The position numbers and the translations under genes were made by a program. The notes beneath the pieces were generated by a model that saw only the letters and a list, made by a program, of their open reading frames with translations, made no database searches and had not been told where the DNA came from. From Candidatus Micrarchaeota archaeon (GTDB lineage: Archaea > Micrarchaeota > Micrarchaeia > Anstonellales > Bilamarchaeaceae), in NCBI GenBank assembly GCA_037440825.1, contig JBBITJ010000021.1, positions 1-13,461 on the forward strand: a stretch of DNA of 13,461 nucleotides. The letters run 5' to 3'. Below, piece by piece: positions 1-6,417 of this stretch (position 1 is the stretch's first letter; each line of letters begins with the position of its first letter).

Positions 1-3
1 GGA

Positions 4-759
4 TTATTTCCTGAAATGTACGAGCGCGTACGCACCCACGGCTCCGACCGTGTAGAATATCAGCATCGGCAGGGAAAGCAATCCCAGCGAATACTTGATT
101 ATCACGAATGCGACCGCTATTCCGCCCCACAGCTCCAGCTCGAGAAACCTCTTCTGCGCGTTCACGAAAGCGAAGAACGAGATCATGTAGAAAAGCATGG
201 ACAGCGTCTGGGGCAGCATGGAAACGAGGGGTGCCCAGAACGAATCGCCGCTTATGGCGCTGTGCGCGGAGAATATCAGGATTATCGCGGACGCATACGC
301 GATCAACGCAGGAGCGAGGGCATCGTATGCCCGCTTTGCGCTGAAATCCGAAGTGAACCTGAATGCCATGAATGACACGAACGCGGAAATAGGCATGGAA
401 AGGAGGTCGGAAAAGATGGCTGCAGCCGCGCCTTCTGTGCCCTGAACGCCCCCCCTGAGCAGGAATGCGGCGCACAGCAGCGCTACTTTGATGAGCGCGG
501 GGGCGGCCGCGATAGCGAGCGAGAGCGCGACGAAATCCCTGTCCCCGAATCCGTATTCCATTCTCCGTGAAACCTCGGCAAACAGGAAATAGAACGCCAC
601 CACCACAATCCAGAAATTGGAGAGCGCGAAAGAATAGATTGGACTGTATGCGAGCGAGATTGCGGCAGCTGCGGCTGAAAGAAGGAACGCAGTAGTCAGA
701 AGAGAGATGGCATGGATCCATTTCAAGGTGAGCTTCTGCCCTCCGAACTCCAGCTCCAT
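4..759 (-). CDS. Hypothetical polytopic membrane protein (251 aa, roughly 7-8 hydrophobic segments)
   Basis: Long ORF, ATG at 759 to TAA at 4-6, almost entirely hydrophobic helices. The ATG sits 22 nt from the TTTATAAA box at 782-789 (leaderless geometry). No family motif recognised. Confidence 0.75.
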   Translation of the reverse strand: MELEFGGQKLTLKWIHAISLLTTAFLLSAAAAAISLAYSPIYSFALSNFWIVVVAFYFLFAEVSRRMEYGFGDRDFVALSLAIAAAPALIKVALLCAAFLLRGGVQGTEGAAAAIFSDLLSMPISAFVSFMAFRFTSDFSAKRAYDALAPALIAYASAIILIFSAHSAISGDSFWAPLVSMLPQTLSMLFYMISFFAFVNAQKRFLELELWGGIAVAFVIIKYSLGLLSLPMLIFYTVGAVGAYALVHFRK

Positions 760-781
760 GCACAGCTAATCGGGCGCTTCA

Positions 782-789
782 TTTATAAA
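782..789. promoter_or_regulatory. Palindromic TATA box shared by two divergent, probably leaderless genes
   Basis: TTTATAAA is a perfect palindrome with 22 nt between it and ATG 759 (-) and 21 nt between it and ATG 811 (+). Neither gene has a GGTG SD. Confidence 0.7.
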
Positions 790-810
790 GAATTCAGTGG
801 AGACAGCTGC

Positions 811-1329
811 ATGGCAATGCGCGAATTGGAAGGTTTCGCATTCGGGCTCGCGGACGGCATAATCTGCTTCCTCGCGATAATAATCGGAGTGCTTGCTGCA
901 ACGGGCAGCGCCAAGCTGGTGATCATCGCTGCAATAGTGGGAGGCGTGGCCGACGCGTTCGGCAATTCCATAGGGTTCTACATATCCCAGAAGATGGAGA
1001 AGGGGGTGCAGACGCGGGACAGGAAGATGAAGAAGACGGATTTCGTGCACAGCGAGAAGGAAGTGATAATGAACGGGGTGTTCTCGTTCATAAGCACAGT
1101 GGCCGTCCTCGTGATCGTGGTGATGCCATTCCTTTTCCTGGACCTCATGGCTGCGGCAGCGGTATCCACTTCCATATCAATCGTGATGCTTGCAGGAATA
1201 GGGGTTTACGCGGCAGAGCTGGCTGAGGAAAGCAAAGCAAAAACCGCGCTCACGTTCGTGATTCTCGCGCTGCTCGGCGCTGCTGCCAGCTGGTTCATAG
1301 GAGGATGGCTCAAAACGCTCCTTGCATGA
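811..1329 (+). CDS. VIT1/CCC1-family metal transporter-like membrane protein (short form, 172 aa)
   Basis: FGLADGII...GV...A and VADAFGNSIGFYISQK match the VIT1/CCC1 TM1/TM2 pattern (FGxxDG; AxAxSMxxGxYxS). About five hydrophobic helices. Start moved from the ORF-track 712 to ATG 811 (817 also possible). Confidence 0.8.
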   Translation: MAMRELEGFAFGLADGIICFLAIIIGVLAATGSAKLVIIAAIVGGVADAFGNSIGFYISQKMEKGVQTRDRKMKKTDFVHSEKEVIMNGVFSFISTVAVLVIVVMPFLFLDLMAAAAVSTSISIVMLAGIGVYAAELAEESKAKTALTFVILALLGAAASWFIGGWLKTLLA

Positions 1330-1335
1330 GCGAAA

Positions 1336-2880
1336 TCAGCCGAGATAGAGTTTTCCGAATTCCTTCTTTCCGTCCGAAGTGCAGTTTATGCCGAGGCGCC
1401 TGAGCGCGGTCGCGTCTTCCGGGGAGAGCATGTGCGTAGTGTGCAGTTCGGAGGATTGCAACGCCTCCAGTTTCGCGAACGCTTTTGCCGCGTTCTCGTC
1501 CCCCGCGGCGCTCACCGCGAGCGCGATCAGTATTTCAGGGACGTTGAGGTTCTCGGAATTCTCCGAATATATCTTCCTCCGCAATTTCCTCACCTGGGAA
1601 ACCGCCTCGCCCCACAGCACGTGCTTTCTGTCATGGACGAAAGCAAGCTTCTTTAGAGCGCTGATTATCGCGGCTGATTCCGCGTGCATGAGCGGGCTGT
1701 TATGCTCGCTCACAGTCTCGCCGTTCGGGAGCATGAGGGCGCACCCTATGCTGAGCCCCCTGTGCCCGGGAGCCCGTTTCGCGGCGTCGCGTGCGAGCGC
1801 GACCACAGGGCGTTCGTCCAACCTTATGCCCTGTCTTTTCATGAGCTTCTCCACGCGCAGCGACGCGTCCTCTGTTCCGGTTCCTGCGAGGAAATCCGCG
1901 CGGTAGCCGAAATAGCGCCGGATTATCTCCTGCCTCGCGGCGCGCTCGCAGAGCTCCAAATCCACTATCCCGCGGCTCACGAAATTCAGCCCCATGTCAG
2001 TGGGGGAATGGTAGCTGTGCATGAAATTGCCCGGAGAAATGATCTTTTTAATGATGTTGCTTATGATGGCGAAGCTTGCGACGTCGCGGTTGTAATTGAC
2101 AGCCGAAACCTTGTACGCTTTCAAGTGGTACGGATCAATCAGGTTGTAGTCCCCTATGTCGGCAGTCGCGGCCTCGTACGCCGCGTTTATCGGGCTTTCA
2201 AGAGGGAGGTTCCACACCGGGAAGCTCTCGAACTTCGCATATCCGGAATCATCTCCTTTCAGGTAATCCTGATAGACCATCGTGAGGCAGGTCGCCATCT
2301 TTCCTGAATTCGGGCCTGCGCCCGTCACTATAACGATGGACTTCTCCGTCCTGATGAACGGCTTCTTGCCGAAGCCGCGCGAGGACGCTATCGCCTTGAG
2401 GTTGTTTGGGTATCCGGAAATGAGGTCGCGGTAATAGACGTCGTACCCCTGCTTCCTCATGAACGCGCCGAATTCCTTGGCCGCAGGCTCGCCGGAGAAC
2501 AGGTTGATCACCACGTTCGGGACCTTGAAGCCGTACGCCTTTATGGAATCCAGCATCTTGAGCGAGAAATCCCAGTACGAGATGCCCAACGCGCCCATTT
2601 TTTTCCCGGATTGGAGGTCGCGTGCGCTCACGCAGAAGAGGAATTCGATAGGCCTCTTGTGCGCTAGCCTCTTTATCACGTTCATCTTCGCGTCCATGCG
2701 GTAGCCGGGAAGGACCTTCGCGGCGTGGTAGTCGTAAAGCAGCTTGCCGCCGAATTCCAGGTAGAGCTTGTCGAATTTCGAGGCGCGCTCTATGATGGCG
2801 TCAGATTGCGCCTTCACGTACGCCTCGTTGTTGAATCCGAATTTTCCAAGGTGGGAGAAGCGGTTTTCCAGCATGCGCAT
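1336..2880 (-). CDS. DUF1846 / UPF0371 family protein
   Basis: Recognisable family motifs: GFNNEAY, KLYLEFGGKL..DYHA..VLPG, GPNSGKMATCL, GYAKFESFPVWNLPL..P.NAAYEAATAD..D.N.IDP.HL.AY, VNYNRD, Y.SPTDMG.N, EIIRRY. The start could be ATG 2874. Confidence 0.9.
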   Translation of the reverse strand: MRMLENRFSHLGKFGFNNEAYVKAQSDAIIERASKFDKLYLEFGGKLLYDYHAAKVLPGYRMDAKMNVIKRLAHKRPIEFLFCVSARDLQSGKKMGALGISYWDFSLKMLDSIKAYGFKVPNVVINLFSGEPAAKEFGAFMRKQGYDVYYRDLISGYPNNLKAIASSRGFGKKPFIRTEKSIVIVTGAGPNSGKMATCLTMVYQDYLKGDDSGYAKFESFPVWNLPLESPINAAYEAATADIGDYNLIDPYHLKAYKVSAVNYNRDVASFAIISNIIKKIISPGNFMHSYHSPTDMGLNFVSRGIVDLELCERAARQEIIRRYFGYRADFLAGTGTEDASLRVEKLMKRQGIRLDERPVVALARDAAKRAPGHRGLSIGCALMLPNGETVSEHNSPLMHAESAAIISALKKLAFVHDRKHVLWGEAVSQVRKLRRKIYSENSENLNVPEILIALAVSAAGDENAAKAFAKLEALQSSELHTTHMLSPEDATALRRLGINCTSDGKKEFGKLYLG

Positions 2881-2894
2881 ACTTATGCTTCCAC

Positions 2895-2913
2895 ATTAAA
2901 AAAGTGCGCTTTT
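2895..2913. promoter_or_regulatory. Compact divergent promoter (ATTAAAAA / TTTTTAAT) overlapped by an inverted repeat AAAAG-tgcg-CTTTT
   Basis: Only 45 bp separate the divergent DUF1846 and dinB starts. The single AT-rich box (2895-2903) lies about 22 nt before ATG 2926. The inverted repeat is at 2900-2913. Confidence 0.5.
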
Positions 2914-2925
2914 CCTAATCACTGT

Positions 2926-4014
2926 ATGGGCAGGATAGTGCTTCACATGGACCTGGATTACTTCTTCGCGCAGGTCGAGGAGTCCGATAAACCGGAGTAC
3001 CTGGGAAGACCGGTCGTGGTGTGCATATACTCTGGAAGGGACGCCACCAGCGGCGTGGTCAGTACTTCCAATTACGAGGCCCGCAGGTACGGGGTGAAAT
3101 CCGGGCTGCCTATCCGAACCGCGATGAGGAAGCTGAAGGGCACTGATGCGGCATTCATACCTGCGAGGCACGAGAGGTACGCGGAGGTCTCGCAAAAAGT
3201 GATGGAGACGCTTGCGAGATACGGGGAGAAATTCGAGTACGTCAGCATAGACGAAGGAGTTCTGGAAATTACCAAGGCGAGCGACGACGATTACGGGAAG
3301 GCGGAGCGGATCGCGCTTGCAGCGAAGCAGGAGATACGGGAAAAAACCGGGCTCACGTGCTCGATCGGCGTGGGGCCCAACCGCCTCATAGCCAAGATAG
3401 CGAGCGATTTCAGGAAGCCGGACGGGCTCACCGTCGTGAAGCCCGATGAGGTAGAAGGGTTCCTCGCGGAAATGGATGTAGGGAAAATACCGGGCGTGGG
3501 CGCCAAGACCCGTGAGGTGCTGAACGCGGCCGGGATAAGGACGATCGCGCAACTCAGGGACGCGGAGCCCGGATTCCTCGCAGAGGCATTCGGAAAAAAG
3601 ACTGGCGGATGGCTGATAAACGCTGCACGAGGCATAGATGAGAGCGAGGTCGGCGCGCAGCAAGGAGAGCAGAAGCAGATAAGCCGCATAATGACGCTGA
3701 AGAGGGACACGCGGGATGTTGATGAGATAATGGATGCTATGGAAGAGCTCATCCGGGATATAGGGAAGGAAGTGCTGGAGAACAAGCTCACATTCCGGGC
3801 TGTCGGTGCGTCGGTGGTGGACGAGACGCTCAGGACGCATTCCAAAAGCAGGACGCTCCCCCGCCCCGCCGAAGATGCGGCTCAGATCGGGCGCGCTGCG
3901 AGGGAGCTTTTCGCTGCAATCGCGGCGGAGACGAAAACGGCTTTCAGGCGCGCGGGCGTGAAAGTGGAGGGGCTGGCTAGCGCCAAGGGGCAGAAGACGC
4001 TGGGCGAGTACTGA
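2926..4014 (+). CDS. dinB: DNA polymerase IV, Y-family (DinB/Dbh/Dpo4 type), 362 aa
   Basis: HMDLDYFFAQVEE, NYEARRYGVKSG, SIDE, TCSIGVGPNRLIAKIASDFRKPDG, HhH motif IPGVG, little-finger domain and C-terminal PIP-like QKTLGEY. True start is ATG 2926, not 2725. Confidence 0.96.
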   Translation: MGRIVLHMDLDYFFAQVEESDKPEYLGRPVVVCIYSGRDATSGVVSTSNYEARRYGVKSGLPIRTAMRKLKGTDAAFIPARHERYAEVSQKVMETLARYGEKFEYVSIDEGVLEITKASDDDYGKAERIALAAKQEIREKTGLTCSIGVGPNRLIAKIASDFRKPDGLTVVKPDEVEGFLAEMDVGKIPGVGAKTREVLNAAGIRTIAQLRDAEPGFLAEAFGKKTGGWLINAARGIDESEVGAQQGEQKQISRIMTLKRDTRDVDEIMDAMEELIRDIGKEVLENKLTFRAVGASVVDETLRTHSKSRTLPRPAEDAAQIGRAARELFAAIAAETKTAFRRAGVKVEGLASAKGQKTLGEY

Positions 4015-4020
4015 ACAAGG

Positions 4021-4061
4021 TTTAAAAATTGTTATTAACATTTATTGAAAAATTATTAATT
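4021..4061 (+). promoter_or_regulatory. AT-rich promoter of the rhodanese gene with two palindromes
   Basis: TTTAAAAA at 4021-4028, then TGTTA-T-TAACA (4030-4040) and AATTA-T-TAATT (4051-4061). Confidence 0.55.
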
Positions 4062-4086
4062 GTCGGCGGCGCGCCGGGGTAAGCGC

Positions 4087-4542
4087 ATGGACGGAAAATG
4101 GCTGGTGATCGGAATTTTCGCATTGGCGGCGATAATCGCGGCGTTCATATTCACGAATGTGTGCGTAGGATGCGCAACTGCAGGGGCCGCGCAGCCCCCA
4201 TCAGGAGGGAATCAGATGATAAAAAACATAAGCGTCCAGCAGGCGTACAGCCTCATAAACGAAAACAGCGGCAACGAAGATTTCGTGATCCTGGATATAC
4301 GCACCCCTGAGGAGTTCGCGCAGGGGCATCTTGCCGGGGCAGTGAACATGGACTTCTATTCTGACGATTTCGAATTGGAACTCGACGGGCTGGAAAAGAA
4401 CAAGACATATCTAGTGTATTGCAGGACCGCGCACAGGAGCGGGCTCGCGATGCCGCTGTTCAGGGAACTGGGCTTCAAGGACGTGTACAACATGGTCGGA
4501 GGCATAACCGCGTGGGTCGCTTCCGGATATCCTACGGAGTAG
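4087..4542 (+). CDS. Rhodanese-domain protein with N-terminal membrane anchor/signal
   Basis: ILDIRTPEEFAQGHLAGAVN, active-site loop YCRTAHRS and C-terminal VYNMVGGITAW..GYP. N-terminal hydrophobic helix WLVIGIFALAAIIAAFIF. ATG 4087 preferred over TTG 4060. Confidence 0.92.
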   Translation: MDGKWLVIGIFALAAIIAAFIFTNVCVGCATAGAAQPPSGGNQMIKNISVQQAYSLINENSGNEDFVILDIRTPEEFAQGHLAGAVNMDFYSDDFELELDGLEKNKTYLVYCRTAHRSGLAMPLFRELGFKDVYNMVGGITAWVASGYPTE

Positions 4543-4562
4543 TGTTTAGGGTTGAGAGTTCC

Positions 4563-4600
4563 GGAAAAATAAACCGAAAAGAAAAAGCAGAATCTAAAAT
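4563..4600 (-). terminator. Oligo-T archaeal terminator region after the helicase
   Basis: The minus strand reads ATTTTAGATTCTGCTTTTTCTTTTCGGTTTATTTTTCC directly after the helicase stop codon. Confidence 0.55.
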
Positions 4601-5866
4601 CTACCTTCTGGCGAACCTGTGCCTTCTCGGGCGGTTCATGTGCGAAGGCCTCGGGTCTCCCCCGTATCCGCCGTGGTATGGCCTTCCGCTCCCTCTGTGC
4701 GGTCCGTGCCTGTCCCTGTGCCAGCCGCCGTGGCCGCCGGGTCCGCGGGAACCAGCGTACGGATTGTAGGGGCCGACTTTCGGCCTGAATCCGGCACGCA
4801 CCGGCCTTCCGAAGAACGGGTTAGCCTCCACGAAAGTTATCGCCTTCCCGGTGGCGCCCATCCTTCCCGTCCTCCCTATGCGGTGGATGTGGGTGTGGTG
4901 GTCCATCGCCTCGTCGTAGTTGACCACGAGCGAGATGTTGTCCACGTGCAGCCCCCTTGCCGCGACGTCGGTCGCTACCAGTATGTCGGATTTGCCCTCT
5001 TTGAAGCCATGTATTATCCGCTCCCTCCTGTTCTGCGCCACGTCGCCGTGTATGTAGGATGAGTCGATGCCGGTCTCGCGCAGGCGTTTGCCGACGTATT
5101 CCGCGGCCCTCTGCGTCGCCACGAATATGATTATCTTCCCTGTAGGATCAGCCTGCTTCTGGCTCTTTATTATTTCCACGAGCTTGTCGAACTTCTGCGG
5201 CCTCTCGATCTTAATTTTCTCCTCCGCGATCTCCGGCGGCTTCTCCAGCTCGCCCACTTCCACGGTCTCGTACGACTTCATGTACTTTGACGCGATCCTG
5301 AGCACGTCGTCGTTTATCGTCGCGGAGAAGAGTTGGACCTTGCGCGCGTAGGACGTGTTGGACACGATTTTGTCCACATCCTCCACGAAGCCCATCTCGA
5401 ACATCTTGTCCGCCTCGTCGAGCACGACCAAATCGTATTCGTTGAGGTCTATTGTCCCCCTTTCGAAGAGGTCCAAAAGGCGCCCCGGCGTGGCCACGAG
5501 TATGTCCACTCCGTTGTAGAGCTGCTTTATCTGGGCGTCTATGTTCTGCCCGCCGTACACACATATCACGCGGTAGGGGTAGAACTTCCCGAGCGACCTG
5601 AGCTCGTTCATGATCTGGATGGCGAGCTCGCGCACGGGCGCGATTATGAGCGCCTTCCTTGCCTTGTTCGCTGCAAGAAGCTCGTATATGCCTATTCCGA
5701 ACGCGCAGGTCTTTCCGGTGCCGGTCTTGCTCCTCGCTATCACCTCCTTTCCGGAGACGATGAGCGGGATCACTTTTTCCTGCACTTCGGTGGGGCTCGT
5801 GAACCCCATGGACATCAATCCTTCTAGGGTATTCTGGGAGAGGCCCAAATCCTTGAATTCTACTAT
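4601..5866 (-). CDS. DEAD-box ATP-dependent RNA helicase (start uncertain: ATA 5866 favoured, GTG 5932 alternative)
   Basis: Full motif set: FKDLGL/GF..PTEVQ (Q), SKTGTGKT (I), PVRELA (Ia), TPGRL (Ib), DEAD (II), SAT (III), IIFV (IV), TDVAARGL (V), HRIGRTGR (VI). Basic Gly/Arg/His-rich tail. Confidence 0.95.
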   Translation of the reverse strand: MVEFKDLGLSQNTLEGLMSMGFTSPTEVQEKVIPLIVSGKEVIARSKTGTGKTCAFGIGIYELLAANKARKALIIAPVRELAIQIMNELRSLGKFYPYRVICVYGGQNIDAQIKQLYNGVDILVATPGRLLDLFERGTIDLNEYDLVVLDEADKMFEMGFVEDVDKIVSNTSYARKVQLFSATINDDVLRIASKYMKSYETVEVGELEKPPEIAEEKIKIERPQKFDKLVEIIKSQKQADPTGKIIIFVATQRAAEYVGKRLRETGIDSSYIHGDVAQNRRERIIHGFKEGKSDILVATDVAARGLHVDNISLVVNYDEAMDHHTHIHRIGRTGRMGATGKAITFVEANPFFGRPVRAGFRPKVGPYNPYAGSRGPGGHGGWHRDRHGPHRGSGRPYHGGYGGDPRPSHMNRPRRHRFARR

Positions 5867-6026
5867 GCTAACACCTTTTTCCTTGTTTTGCCTATTGCCT
5901 GTTTTCCGACTTTCCGGTCCGAAAGGACGCACGCTAAGGTAGAATGCGGTTGATTTTAGCGTGTCTCAAACTTATTCTGGCGCGCGAGGCAAAAAGTCAG
6001 CTCGCTCACTAATCGATTTCAAATAC

Positions 6027-6060
6027 ACTCCTTTACGCAATAGGAGTTTATAAGCTTTCG
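6027..6060 (-). promoter_or_regulatory. BRE-TATA promoter for the helicase with adjacent inverted repeat
   Basis: The minus strand reads CGAAAG-CTTATAAA (6060-6047), a typical BRE+TATA. ACTCCT-N9-AGGAGT (6027-6047) lies immediately downstream. Confidence 0.65.
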
Positions 6061-6230
6061 CTATAGCGCGAACGCTACTGCTTGTTCTCCCCGCCCCATA
6101 GAATGAACAGTCTCTCCTCCTTGTCCGAGATGGTGTCGTTGAACGCGCCTGTGAGCTTGACGAATACCTGAAACGGTTTATAACGAGGTGGGAATGGTGG
6201 AAGAAGGGATCGCGGGAACATGTCAGAAAC

Positions 6231-6246
6231 GAGGAACATTTATAAA
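6231..6246 (+). promoter_or_regulatory. TATA promoter of the r-protein operon
   Basis: Purine-rich GAGGAACA followed by TTTATAAA (6239-6246). Predicted TSS near 6268-6271. A second TATA-like TTTATAAC is at 6177-6184. Confidence 0.6.
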
Positions 6247-6277
6247 TCCTTTTCCCATAAATGATAGAACTACGCTT

Positions 6278-6417
6278 TCAGGGCTACTGCCGTAAGGACT
6301 TGTTCTTGATGCAGTTGCCTGACGTTGCGACACTCCTTCCGCAAGGAAGGAATCGGGACGATGGGAAAGGCATACCGTTACTATGCGATTCCAGGGCGAC
6401 AGTGCACGGTGTATACT
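6278..6417 (+). ncRNA. Candidate structured 5' leader RNA of the S17-spc operon (family unrecognised)
   Basis: Four consecutive hand-folded hairpins fill the space between the TATA box and the S17 SD. They include the perfect UCCUUCC-GCAA-GGAAGGA GNRA hairpin at 6334-6351. Confidence 0.5.

Noticed and set aside
712..810. N-terminal extension of the VIT-like ORF
   Set aside because: It overlaps the divergent gene and the TATA box. Family similarity begins after 811.
2725..2925. N-terminal extension of dinB in the ORF track
   Set aside because: It overlaps the DUF1846 gene on the opposite strand. Y-family polymerase homology starts at MGRIVLHMD (2926).
6319..6393. Hammerhead-like CUGAcG...GAAA elements in the S17 leader
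   Set aside because: The core reads CUGACGU rather than CUGANGA, and the helices do not abut the core as required.
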